Source of the DNA: an uncultured Actinomycetes bacterium | GTDB lineage: Bacteria > Actinomycetota > Actinomycetes > S36-B12 > UBA5976 | Direction: 5' to 3' | DNA: 52,281 bases | Assembly (NCBI GenBank): GCA_903892635.1 | Contig: CAITJH010000037.1 | Location: 1 to 52,281, forward strand | Part shown: piece by piece, positions 19,937-29,168 of the stretch | Numbering within the stretch: the first letter of the stretch is position 1 | How the letters are laid out: each line of letters starts with the position of its first letter | The notes under the pieces: model-generated | What the model saw: the letters and a program-made list of their open reading frames with translations, nothing else | Told to the model about the DNA's origin: nothing | Database searches by the model: none | Program-made: the position numbers and the translations under genes

Positions 19937-20698
19937 TTACTCTGCGCTACGTGCCATACGGAGGGCTGTAAGTATCAAAACTATTGAAAACGCTGTCATT
20001 GTGATCCGCTCGGGCAAAGTCGTTCCCAAATATGTTCCGAGAAACGACGCTGGAATTCCAGCCAATCCAGTAGGAATCGCAATTGACCACTCGATGTTTC
20101 CACGACGATGATGGGCGATCGATCCTGAAATTGCAGTACCGACAATTACCGCAAGACTTGTACCTCGCGCCACAATTGAATCGAGCCCCGCACTAAGAAT
20201 CAATGCCGGAACAATAATGATTCCACCACCAACTCCGAGTAGACCTGCGGCTACGCCAGCAATGAAACCTATGAGAACTAACAAGAGGTGGGATGCAGTA
20301 CCGCTGACTAATTGATGTGGTTGTGTCGACCACAGTAAACGTAATGCGGAAATAATTAAAAGCACAGCAAAAATTATTTTTAGTTCACGCACCGGGATTT
20401 TAGCTAGAAGTCGAACACCATAATTTGCACCGACTACCGAGCCAGCTAGGACAAGGATCCAAGCCGACCAATCAACCTTGCCTTGAACTGCGTAACCCAA
20501 TGCGCTGATGAATGCGATTGGCATGATTGCTGCAAGTGAAGTTGCATGCGACTTCTTTTGATCAACGCCCATCCACAACACATAAAGCGGGACGATGATA
20601 AAGCCGCCACCAACTCCAAGTGCTCCCGACAGCAACCCCGCGATTAAGCCAACACAAATTGGCTTGATGTTAGAGCGTAGTGAATTAGCCACTGGCAC
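19937..20698 (-). CDS. Sulfite exporter TauE/SafE family protein
   Basis: Two internal G..AG..SG.LGVGGG.IIVP repeats, each followed by TSLA. Confidence 0.9.
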   Translation of the reverse strand: MPVANSLRSNIKPICVGLIAGLLSGALGVGGGFIIVPLYVLWMGVDQKKSHATSLAAIMPIAFISALGYAVQGKVDWSAWILVLAGSVVGANYGVRLLAKIPVRELKIIFAVLLIISALRLLWSTQPHQLVSGTASHLLLVLIGFIAGVAAGLLGVGGGIIIVPALILSAGLDSIVARGTSLAVIVGTAISGSIAHHRRGNIEWSIAIPTGLAGIPASFLGTYLGTTLPERITMTAFSIVLILTALRMARSAE

Positions 20699-21450
20699 TA
20701 GGCGTCACTTTTAGCGATACGAATATTCGCAAGTAAAAATAACCCAACTACCCATGCTGCAAATACAAGTCCGGGTTGACGCAAGTCACTCGTGCCTGCG
20801 AGCCACGCCTGACCATTCGTGAATGGAAGTGAGTGTGCAAACCAGTCCATTCGGCCCTTTGCCAAATTTGCAAGCAAAATGATGAGTGACTCGATTGTTG
20901 TCGCAAGGAGAAGCGGCAACACAATTCCCAGTGCAAGGTTGCGCGCAATCATGACCAAACTCGAGGAGAAAAGTGCATATGCAAGCGAGAAAACAAACAC
21001 TTTCCACAAATCTGGAACATGGTCGCTACCCGTTGCTAAGGACATTCCCGGATTGGCCTTGCTGATTCTTCCCGCCGGAGCTGTTGCACCGATCAACCCC
21101 AAAAGACTCCAAGCAAGCACCACCATGAGTGTGACATAAACAAAAAGAACAAGTGTCTTGGCGACGACTACCTTCTCGCGTGCCGGGAACTCACTAAAAG
21201 TGATTCGGATCATTCCGTATCGATATTCATGTCCCCATGATTGCGAGGCGACAATTCCGAGCATCACTAAACAGAGGAAGTTTGCATTTGTCGAATAGAG
21301 ACCATTCCACGATTGCTTAAAGTTTTCGCCAACTAAATAAATTGGAAGTGCGCCGAGTAAACCGGTGATCAATAGATAGAGTCCACTCACAACCCACGTG
21401 GAACGTACGGACCAGAGACGACGCCATTCATATGTCAGTGCGGAAATCAT
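20698..21450 (-). CDS. ABC-2 type exporter permease
   Basis: EW.RL.S.RS, EY.YG.I..T....P.R......K, six TMs, C-terminal SDA. Confidence 0.85.
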   Translation of the reverse strand: MISALTYEWRRLWSVRSTWVVSGLYLLITGLLGALPIYLVGENFKQSWNGLYSTNANFLCLVMLGIVASQSWGHEYRYGMIRITFSEFPAREKVVVAKTLVLFVYVTLMVVLAWSLLGLIGATAPAGRISKANPGMSLATGSDHVPDLWKVFVFSLAYALFSSSLVMIARNLALGIVLPLLLATTIESLIILLANLAKGRMDWFAHSLPFTNGQAWLAGTSDLRQPGLVFAAWVVGLFLLANIRIAKSDA

Positions 21451-22358
21451 TCTGCACCTCCGATCTTGTATTGCTCTTGGCCTTCGGTGAGTTGAAGGAA
21501 AACACTTTCGAGGCTCGCTGTTTCAGAACTCAACTCAAGTATTGGAACACCACTAGCAAAGGCGATGTGACCGACGCGATCTGTAGTGACATTCGGTACA
21601 CGCATCTCGTCTTCTCCTGTTGCCACAAGCGTGAGTCCTTGCGCCTGCAATGCCTCAGCGAGTTTGCGAGCATCTGTTGTGCGGACTCGGACTGCGCCAC
21701 CAGTTGCTCGTGCAAGAAATTCATTCATCGGTTCTGCAGCGATTAGTTTGCCCTTGGCGATGACTACTAAATCGTCAGCCAGCAATTGCATTTCACTAAG
21801 CAAGTGACTACTTACTAAAACGCTTCGTCCAAGCGAGGCGTAGTGTTTGAGAAAATCGCGCATCCATTGAATCGATTGCGGATCGAGTCCGTTCGCTGGT
21901 TCATCAAGCATGAGCACCTGAGGATCTGCCAACATCGCGCCAGCAAGTCCAAGTCGTTGACCCATTCCCAGTGAGAAACCGCCAGGTCGTTTTTTCGCTA
22001 CTGAATCGAGACCAACGAGTTCAAGTACTTCATAAACCCGCTCTTTCGAAACACCAGCTTCAGCGCCAAGCATGCGCAAGTGTGAGTACGCCGTACGTTT
22101 TGGATGGAAAAACTTCGCATCAAGATGCGCGCCTACGACACGAGTCACGGAATCGTGATCACGTAATGGTTTGCCATCAAAAAGTGTCGTTCCACTTCCA
22201 GAATCAAGACCAAGCATCAGTCGCATTGTTGTGGACTTACCCGAGCCATTGGGCCCTAGAAACCCAGTAACACGACCCGGTTCAATTGTGAAACCTAAAG
22301 AATCGACTGCATGGACTTTCTTGAAATGCTTATCAAGATTTATTACTTCAACGCGCAT
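21447..22358 (-). CDS. ABC exporter ATP-binding protein
   Basis: GPNGSGKS, FSLGMGQRLG, LDEPANGLDP, SSHLL. Confidence 0.93.
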   Translation of the reverse strand: MRVEVINLDKHFKKVHAVDSLGFTIEPGRVTGFLGPNGSGKSTTMRLMLGLDSGSGTTLFDGKPLRDHDSVTRVVGAHLDAKFFHPKRTAYSHLRMLGAEAGVSKERVYEVLELVGLDSVAKKRPGGFSLGMGQRLGLAGAMLADPQVLMLDEPANGLDPQSIQWMRDFLKHYASLGRSVLVSSHLLSEMQLLADDLVVIAKGKLIAAEPMNEFLARATGGAVRVRTTDARKLAEALQAQGLTLVATGEDEMRVPNVTTDRVGHIAFASGVPILELSSETASLESVFLQLTEGQEQYKIGGAE

Positions 22359-22392
22359 AGTTCACACTAACGTGAATCCCTACTATTAAGGT

Positions 22393-23589
22393 ATGTCTGA
22401 ATCCGCAACCTGTGACTTTCTTGTTATTGGTGCAGGAATTGTCGGCTTAGCCATTGCCCGCGAACTTTCACTGAATTATCCCGAGGCTCGAATACTCGTT
22501 CTTGAAAAGGAGTCTGCTGTTGCTACGCATGCATCGGGTCGCAACTCAGGAGTTCTTCACGCGGGCTTTTATTACGCTCCAGATTCGCTCAAAGCACGAT
22601 TGACTCGAGATGGCAACAGTCTCTTACGCAATTTTCTTATCGAGCACAATGTTCCAGTTCGAGAATGCGGCAAAGTGGTCGTTACGTCTGACTCGGAGCA
22701 ACTTCCCGCATTAGACGAACTGGCCCGACGTGCGCAACTCAATGGTGTGAATGTTTCGATGATCGAGGCGGCAGAACTAGCGACTCTAGAACCTCGCGCG
22801 CGTACAGTCGACCGTGCTTTATGGTCTCCGACTACGGCCGTGGCGGATACCACAGCTGTTGCAGATGCGATGATGCGTGATGTTACAAACCGCGGTGTGA
22901 ATGTCAGTCTTAATGAACAGGTACTTCGAGTCGACGAGAACACAGTTACGACTAGCCAGCGAGTTGTAACGGCGAGCCACATTATTAACTGCGCTGGGAT
23001 GTATGCCGATCGAATCGCAACGATGTCTGGGGTTGTCCACCCATACGTCGTACTTCCATTCAAAGGCCTGTATTGGAAAGCAAACTTACCGGCGGGATTT
23101 CTTACCAGACATGTTTATCCTGTGCCCGATCCTCGAAATCCATTCTTAGGTGTTCACGCAACCGTGACTATTGATGGTTCAGTCAAGATTGGCCCGACAG
23201 CTATTCCAGCATTGTCGCGCGAAAACTATTCACGCTTATCGGGATTGCAATGGAACGAAGTCGCTGAAGTTTTTATCAACGTCCCCAAATTCCTCACAAG
23301 TTCACACCACAGTGGTGGACAACTTATTGCTAGTGAAGTTCCTAAATATCTCAAGTCACAATTAGTTGCACAAGCTGCGCATCTCGTTCCTGAACTCACA
23401 CCACAAATGTTCACTCATCAATTGCGGCCCGGAATTCGAGCACAACTTTTCGACACCGTAAATAAGAAACTCGAAATGGACTTTGTTATTAAGCACAACG
23501 AATTCAGCACACATATTTTGAATGCTGTGTCACCAGCGTGGACTTCCAGTCTTGCAGTTGCTCGGCAAGTTGTCGCACAGCTTGCCTGA
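22393..23589 (+). CDS. lhgO: L-2-hydroxyglutarate oxidase (FAD-dependent)
   Basis: GAGIVG, SGRNSGVLHAGFYY, VYPVPDP.NPFLGVH, GIRAQ, NAVSPAWTSS. Confidence 0.88.
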   Translation: MSESATCDFLVIGAGIVGLAIARELSLNYPEARILVLEKESAVATHASGRNSGVLHAGFYYAPDSLKARLTRDGNSLLRNFLIEHNVPVRECGKVVVTSDSEQLPALDELARRAQLNGVNVSMIEAAELATLEPRARTVDRALWSPTTAVADTTAVADAMMRDVTNRGVNVSLNEQVLRVDENTVTTSQRVVTASHIINCAGMYADRIATMSGVVHPYVVLPFKGLYWKANLPAGFLTRHVYPVPDPRNPFLGVHATVTIDGSVKIGPTAIPALSRENYSRLSGLQWNEVAEVFINVPKFLTSSHHSGGQLIASEVPKYLKSQLVAQAAHLVPELTPQMFTHQLRPGIRAQLFDTVNKKLEMDFVIKHNEFSTHILNAVSPAWTSSLAVARQVVAQLA

Positions 23590-23597
23590 CCTATGAC

Positions 23598-24803
23598 TTA
23601 GTTGTCGTCGGTTCCATCTTCTTCAAGAAGTTCAGCAATCAAAGCCTCGGCCTTTGCTACAGACTGTGGAATCGGTTCGTTGGTGAACGCACCAGCAAGG
23701 GTCTGACGACGATCGTTCAATTCCTCATTGAGCGCATGCATCGTAATTTCAGACTTGCCAATAGTTTCGCGAACACTATTGAACATATTCAACAAGCTCG
23801 TGACTACATCGCGGTTATGGTCAACGCTGGCAAGAATACGTTCGCGGTAAGCACTTGCATTGGCGCGAATGTCTTCGGCATCGCGAAGCGCTGCTGCAAC
23901 CCTGGCATCAGATTCGCCCTTACGAGCATCGATGGTCTTTTGTGCTTCGCGAATGATTTCGTCAGCACGTGCTTGGCCAGCGGCAACAACTTCTTGATTT
24001 CGACGACTTGCTTCTTCAATTGCTGCTCGCGTGTCTGCACTTGCGCGTTCGTTCATAGCCTGTGATGCAACAGTTGCTTCACTTACAAGGCGTTGTGCTT
24101 CGGCGGTTGCACTTGCTACTAAGGCATCGGCTTCTGCGCGCTTGCTTGCGATCAGCTCTGCAATTTCTTGCTCAACGTTGGCGCGATATGACGCGAGTTC
24201 GGATTCCAACGCAGCGCGAGCATTCGCAATTTCTTGCTCGGCAACAGTTCGGAAATTATTCGCTGCATCTAGAGTGTCTTTTGAACTACGAGCTGCATCG
24301 TCGAGAATTCGAGCAGCGTTTGTTTGCGCATTGCGAAGTTCGAGGTCTGCATCTTCTTGTGCTGCTGCAAGCAACTGGCTCGACTGCTCTTGTGCAGTTT
24401 CAAGCGTTGTTGTGGCTTCGCCGCGAAGTTTTCGAGCATCGATGTTTGCCGCATCACGAATGCTACGCGCATCGTTCTCCGCACTATTTCGAATTGCTTC
24501 ACGATCTGCTTCAGCACTCTGAAGAGTTTCAGTCGCCTGTTCGACAAGCTTTGATGCGCGCGCGCGAGCTGCACGAATAATGACAGCAGCATCTTCGGCA
24601 GCAAGCTGCGTCAATTGATCTTCGTCAAGGTCAACAAAACTTGCACGGCCACTTGAATTTTCAAGTTCAGCAATGCGTCCCTGAAGAGTCGCAATAGTTT
24701 GTTGCAGATTACTGATAGTTGCATCAGAGTTTCCAGCAACGAAACCTTCGTCTTCTGGGCCCTTAAAGAAACGGCCCAAGCCCTTGGCGTTTTGATCGCT
24801 CAT
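23598..24803 (-). CDS. Long Ala/Glu/Arg-rich coiled-coil protein (DivIVA/FilP/Scy-like composition)
   Basis: Near-continuous helical pattern such as AEAQRLVSEA, ARADEIIREA, NAARILDDA; no TM; very few Pro/Gly in the core. Confidence 0.75.
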   Translation of the reverse strand: MSDQNAKGLGRFFKGPEDEGFVAGNSDATISNLQQTIATLQGRIAELENSSGRASFVDLDEDQLTQLAAEDAAVIIRAARARASKLVEQATETLQSAEADREAIRNSAENDARSIRDAANIDARKLRGEATTTLETAQEQSSQLLAAAQEDADLELRNAQTNAARILDDAARSSKDTLDAANNFRTVAEQEIANARAALESELASYRANVEQEIAELIASKRAEADALVASATAEAQRLVSEATVASQAMNERASADTRAAIEEASRRNQEVVAAGQARADEIIREAQKTIDARKGESDARVAAALRDAEDIRANASAYRERILASVDHNRDVVTSLLNMFNSVRETIGKSEITMHALNEELNDRRQTLAGAFTNEPIPQSVAKAEALIAELLEEDGTDDN

Positions 24804-24869
24804 AATTCAATTTCTCCCACAGCGTGAACCTTAAGGATAAGCCTTAATCTAGGGGGTAGTTAACCAAAT

Positions 24870-26945
24870 TTACGAGTCGTAACGTCGTCGTGACCCACCG
24901 CCGGAACGGCTACCTGAACGCTCGGATGATCCACGGTATCCACCACCTGATCGGCCGCCGCCGCCAGAGCGACGTTGGCCACCACGATTACCCTGAGATT
25001 TCGCGGATTTTGGTGCATGCCATGGCTCACCTGAAGGCTCTTGCGCACCAGTTATCTCGATGAGCTCTCGCGACATTGGCTTGACCTTAGATACTTCTGG
25101 GTTAACTCCAGCGCGGCTCATCATGGACAAAACAGACTTCTGTTGACGGGGGGTTACCATCGTGACAACCGCACCATCTTCTCCGGCGCGAGCTGTTCGT
25201 CCCGCGCGGTGCAAATAATCTTTCGGATCATTTGGTGGATCGATGTGGACTACGAGTGACACTCCGTCAACGTGAATGCCACGAGCTGCTACGTCAGTAG
25301 CGACAAGAACGTTCGTAATTCCTTCTTTGAACTCAGCAAGTGTGCGAGTACGAACTGCTTGTGACTTACCGCCGTGAAGACCGCTTGTTGGAATGCCTTC
25401 GAAAGCGAGATCCTTGGCAATGCGATCGACACCCGCTTGAGTTCGCGCGAACAAAATAGTTTTGCCTTCACGCGCGGCAATTTGGCTAATGATCGTTGTC
25501 TTGTCTTCGGGGAAGGTTACAAGAACGTGGTGTTCCATTGTTGATACTGATGCCTTCGACGAAGCTGTCGAGAAAGTGACAGGTTCATGCAAGTACTTGC
25601 GAACAATCTTGTCTACGTCACCATCAAGCGTGGCGCTGAACAATAAGTGTTGGCTCGACTTTGGAATCAAACTGAGAACTTCAACAATTTGTGGCATGAA
25701 TCCCATGTCACACATTTGGTCTGCTTCATCAAGAATCGAAATTTCAACTTTGTTCAAAATAACGTGACCTTGTTCAACAAGATCATTCAAGCGACCTGGA
25801 GTAGCAACAAGAATAGGAACGGATCGACGAAGTGCATCAATTTGTTTTGCATATGGCATGCCGCCAGCAATCAAACGAATGTCTAGACCAACGGATTGGG
25901 CAAGCGGCATCAGCGCGTCGCATACCTGAGCAGCAAGTTCACGTGTTGGAACCATTACCAAACCAAGTGGTGAATAAGGTGTCGCTTTGCGGTGCGCCAA
26001 ACGAGTGAGCATCGCCAGACCAAATGCCAATGTTTTACCAGAACCAGTTGCCGCGCGACCAAGAACGTCTTGGCCAGCAATTGCAGTTGGTAATGCCTTT
26101 GACTGAATTGCAAATGGCGCGTTCAAACCAGTTCGCTTGAGAACGGCGATTAGTTCAGGACTAACACCAACTTCGCTCCATTCACTCTGTTTGATGTCTT
26201 CCAAATCGTCCTGAGTTAACTCAGGTTCAACATGCGAACGCGTTGGACGTTGTGCAGAAAAGTCATCGTTAAATTCTTTGCGTGGTGCGCGCGCTGGACG
26301 AGCTGCACGTGTTGGTGCTTCGTCATAATCACGACGCGGTGTGCGCGCTGGACGATCATCGCGTGAATTACGAGCAGGTCGGTCTTCACGTGTGCCACGC
26401 GCCGGACGATCATCACGTGAACCACGGGCTGGTCGTTCGTCCCATGTAGAACGATTATCGCGCGCTGGACGATCTTCACGTGAGTCACGAGCAGGTCGGT
26501 CATCACGTGATCCACGGGTAGGACGATCATCGCGTGCAGGTCGTGAGGATCGAGTTGGACGATCATCGCGTGAGGAACGTTCATCACGGTAAGACGTTGA
26601 GCGCGATCCACGCTTTGGTGCATCACTATACGAATCGCGGTCACGACTATCCGACGATTCTGAGCGCCTACGCGATGGGGCACTCGTTGAAGAAGGAGCA
26701 TCCGAACGCTTGGAACGTGGCTTGCGGTCGTCGGTTTCGCCCTTTGCGCGTGAGGCTAAAGTGAGGTCGCGAGTGGCCTTGGCCGACTTCGCAGCCTTCT
26801 TAGCTGTCGCTTTACGTTTGTCCGAGGCTGCTTTTTTGGCGGCAGTGTGACGAGCCGAGCCCTTTTTAGCGCCAGCCTTGTTATCAGCACGATCACGTTC
26901 AAGTTTTCGCGCGCGCGGCTTTTTTGTAGGGGAAGTTGAAGACAT
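24870..26945 (-). CDS. DEAD-box RNA helicase with long charged low-complexity N-terminus and Gly/Arg/Ser-rich C-tail
   Basis: Q motif PFAIQ, TGSGKT, PTRELA, TPGRL, DEAD, SAT, ARGIHV, HRAGRTAR. Confidence 0.95.
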   Translation of the reverse strand: MSSTSPTKKPRARKLERDRADNKAGAKKGSARHTAAKKAASDKRKATAKKAAKSAKATRDLTLASRAKGETDDRKPRSKRSDAPSSTSAPSRRRSESSDSRDRDSYSDAPKRGSRSTSYRDERSSRDDRPTRSSRPARDDRPTRGSRDDRPARDSREDRPARDNRSTWDERPARGSRDDRPARGTREDRPARNSRDDRPARTPRRDYDEAPTRAARPARAPRKEFNDDFSAQRPTRSHVEPELTQDDLEDIKQSEWSEVGVSPELIAVLKRTGLNAPFAIQSKALPTAIAGQDVLGRAATGSGKTLAFGLAMLTRLAHRKATPYSPLGLVMVPTRELAAQVCDALMPLAQSVGLDIRLIAGGMPYAKQIDALRRSVPILVATPGRLNDLVEQGHVILNKVEISILDEADQMCDMGFMPQIVEVLSLIPKSSQHLLFSATLDGDVDKIVRKYLHEPVTFSTASSKASVSTMEHHVLVTFPEDKTTIISQIAAREGKTILFARTQAGVDRIAKDLAFEGIPTSGLHGGKSQAVRTRTLAEFKEGITNVLVATDVAARGIHVDGVSLVVHIDPPNDPKDYLHRAGRTARAGEDGAVVTMVTPRQQKSVLSMMSRAGVNPEVSKVKPMSRELIEITGAQEPSGEPWHAPKSAKSQGNRGGQRRSGGGGRSGGGYRGSSERSGSRSGGGSRRRYDS
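26343..26590 (-). repeat. Coding tandem repeat, about 8 copies of (D/E)(D/E)RP(A/T)R, mostly at 9-aa/27-nt period
   Basis: SRDDRPTR, RDDRPTR, SRDDRPAR, SREDRPAR, WDERPAR, SRDDRPAR, TREDRPAR, SRDDRPAR. The nucleotide unit ggacgatcatc(g/a)cgtg recurs on the + strand. Confidence 0.9.
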
Positions 26946-27098
26946 GGGGAAACCCTTAATTCATTACTGCTTTTATAGCTTCGCTATAAAAATGGTGACG
27001 TTCACCTGATACCTCTCGGGTATCGCGTGACGCCTAACCATTAAGTTCGATTCCGTAGATATGGATCGACACGTAAGAAGCCACTTCCTCCATTATTA
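26946..27098 (-). promoter_or_regulatory. Promoter (TAATAAT 27098-27092) plus ~140-nt structured 5' leader of the DEAD-box helicase
   Basis: Inverted repeats at 27047-27069 (imperfect), 26991-27042 (long stem capped by GATACC/GGTATC) and 26971-26991 (TTTTATAGC/GCTATAAAA). Confidence 0.6.
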
Positions 27099-27154
27099 CC
27101 TAGTTTTTGTGGGCCAATAACCACGGACATCTTCGCCCCGACCATTTCCCTGAA

Positions 27155-27177
27155 TTGTCAGTAACAAATGGCACACT
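27155..27177 (+). promoter_or_regulatory. RecA-NDp / PafBC-type DNA-damage promoter of rmuC
   Basis: tTGTCAG-taacaaatgg-CAcacT fits TGTCRG-N10-(T/C)ANNNT; the ATG follows 7 nt later. Confidence 0.7.
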
Positions 27178-27184
27178 TTCCCTT

Positions 27185-28378
27185 ATGTCGACTACAAATC
27201 TCGCTGTCATTGTTCTTGCAGTAGCTCTCGTCTTGGTTTCCTTTATTGCATTTCGTGGACCACGCAACACCGGTCAACAGGCATCCATCACACCTGAAGA
27301 ATTGCGACGCCAAGTTGCAGATGCAACGCGCGAGAGCATGGTTGCGGCACAACAAATGTTGACTGAGGCAACACAGGCTCAACTTCAAACGGCAACGACA
27401 AGTGTCGAGTCTCAAAATCGTGCGGCGAGCAACACACTCAACGAGATCATCAAGCCACTTCGCGACACCTTGGCGCAACTTGATAACAAAGTTAACGATC
27501 TGGAAAAGAATCGGACCGAGGCATACACCCGCCTTAATGAGCAAGTCATCAACACCAACACTGTGCTTGATGCACTACGCAACGAGACAACCACTTTGTC
27601 TGGTGCACTTCGTCGAAGTGACACACGTGGACGGTGGGGCGAACTTCAACTCATCAAGCTCATTGAAATGATTGGCATGAGCGAGCACGTATCGTTCGTG
27701 GAACAAAAGCAGCAAGTTGGTGAAGGCATTGGCAAGCCCGATGTGACGGTACAACTTCCTGGCGAACGTGTCCTCTATATAGATAGCAAGGCGCCAATCG
27801 ATATTTATCTCACTGCTGTGGCCGAGACTGATCCTAAACGCCGCGAAGAATTAATGAAACAGCACGCTAATGTGCTTCTTGGTCATGTGAAGGCACTCGA
27901 AAGCCGCAAGTACGTTGATGACATTCAGGCAATGAATTACGTAGTCATGTTCGTTCCAACTGAATCGTCACTCGCAGATGCTTGCCAAGCGATGCCCGAA
28001 CTCATTGAAGAGGCGGCGAAACGCAATGTGGCATTAACGTCGCCTACTTCACTTATTGCTGTACTCAGTAACATTGCGCGATTGTGGCAAGCCGAAAAGC
28101 AAGTTGAAAATGCTGCAGAAATGGCTAAGGCATCGCAAGAGTTGCATTCACGACTCAAGGTTTTTATCAAGCACGTTAGTGGTGTTGGTGAAAGCCTCGA
28201 AAAAGCAGTCAAGAACTACAACTCGGCTATCGGATCATTTGAGGATCGCGTCATGCCATCTGCTCGTCGAGTGGAAGCGCTCGGAGACTTCCGGGACCCG
28301 ATTGATCCAGTTGATCCAATCGAATTGTTGCCTCGTGCTACTCGATACGGTTCTGACCATGAGGAACTAGGCAGTTAG
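27185..28378 (+). CDS. rmuC: DNA recombination protein RmuC
   Basis: N-terminal TM, coiled coil, RGRWGE.QL, KPD..V.LP, IDSKAP, VMFVP.E, SPTSL. Start at the ATG at 27185. Confidence 0.95.
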   Translation: MSTTNLAVIVLAVALVLVSFIAFRGPRNTGQQASITPEELRRQVADATRESMVAAQQMLTEATQAQLQTATTSVESQNRAASNTLNEIIKPLRDTLAQLDNKVNDLEKNRTEAYTRLNEQVINTNTVLDALRNETTTLSGALRRSDTRGRWGELQLIKLIEMIGMSEHVSFVEQKQQVGEGIGKPDVTVQLPGERVLYIDSKAPIDIYLTAVAETDPKRREELMKQHANVLLGHVKALESRKYVDDIQAMNYVVMFVPTESSLADACQAMPELIEEAAKRNVALTSPTSLIAVLSNIARLWQAEKQVENAAEMAKASQELHSRLKVFIKHVSGVGESLEKAVKNYNSAIGSFEDRVMPSARRVEALGDFRDPIDPVDPIELLPRATRYGSDHEELGS

Positions 28379-28506
28379 TAAGTAGAAATTCTGTGGGTGT
28401 ACCAAGTCGCATTCACAGCCGCTATTTACACACACCTTACAAACGCTTTGCTGTGGGTTAGAAAATCCCTCCGTAGCGTTGTACTCAACACTTAGGAGAC
28501 ACAAAC

Positions 28507-28929
28507 ATGTCACACGCTTCACTCATCAGACGCGGAGCCGTCGCACTCGGACTTGCTGGAATTGCTATCGTCCACATTCTCGATTTGCCAAGCAAGTGGG
28601 CAGAAACTCGTTACCTTGCATGGGGTTACATCGCTATTATTGCCGCCAGCTTGTATTTGATGGAACGCATCATTGTGCGCGCCGAACGCATCGACTACTT
28701 CGCATCCGCCGGCCTAGCCGCCAGTGTGATTGCCGGCTTCGTTGTTAACCGAACTGTCGGAATGCCAGGCGCAATGGATGACATCGGTAATTGGCTCGAG
28801 CCACTTGGCATGATTTCGCTGTTCGTCGAGGCCTTTGTCGTTTGGCAGAGTGTGCGCGCGATTTCTGACTTCACCTCAGAGAACGTTGCCCGAATTGCGA
28901 AAAACACTCGCGATCTCGTAAACGCCTAA
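28507..28929 (+). CDS. Uncharacterised 4-TM membrane protein
   Basis: Strong RBS AGGAG; four hydrophobic segments; His in TM1; motif NRTVGMPG..DDIGNW.EPLG. Confidence 0.8.
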   Translation: MSHASLIRRGAVALGLAGIAIVHILDLPSKWAETRYLAWGYIAIIAASLYLMERIIVRAERIDYFASAGLAASVIAGFVVNRTVGMPGAMDDIGNWLEPLGMISLFVEAFVVWQSVRAISDFTSENVARIAKNTRDLVNA

Positions 28930-28940
28930 ACCCTTTTATC

Positions 28941-28981
28941 TAATGGTGGTGTGGGATTTCCCGCGCCGGCATTGGCTTTTT
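28941..28981 (+). terminator. Probable intrinsic terminator after the 4-TM gene
   Basis: GGTGTGGGA/TCCCGCGCC stem (G-U pairs on the + strand), extended by AATG/CATT and followed by a T-run. Confidence 0.55.
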
Positions 28982-29133
28982 AAGGCAAGCGACACGCAGA
29001 GCGCAAAAACTCAACATAATAGTTGAACATTCAATTAATCTGTTTCTTTTAGGTGACGTGGGTCGCCCCACAAATGAATTTACATCTCAACTCTTTAACT
29101 TGCTGAACTCAAACAGTTCAGCAGACATTTGGG

Positions 29134-29165
29134 AAAAACAAAAAGTCCTGATTTCTCAGGACTTT
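29134..29165 (-). terminator. Intrinsic terminator downstream of tRNA-Arg (potentially bidirectional)
   Basis: Perfect 10-bp inverted repeat AAAGTCCTGA/TCAGGACTTT with A- and T-rich flanks on both sides. Confidence 0.8.
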
Positions 29166-29168
29166 GTT

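Noticed and set aside
26216-26764. Repetitive alternative-frame ORFs and a possible CRISPR-like array
   Set aside because: The repeats are degenerate, codon-phased, about 27 nt in period and inside the helicase CDS. There are no unique spacers and no cas genes.
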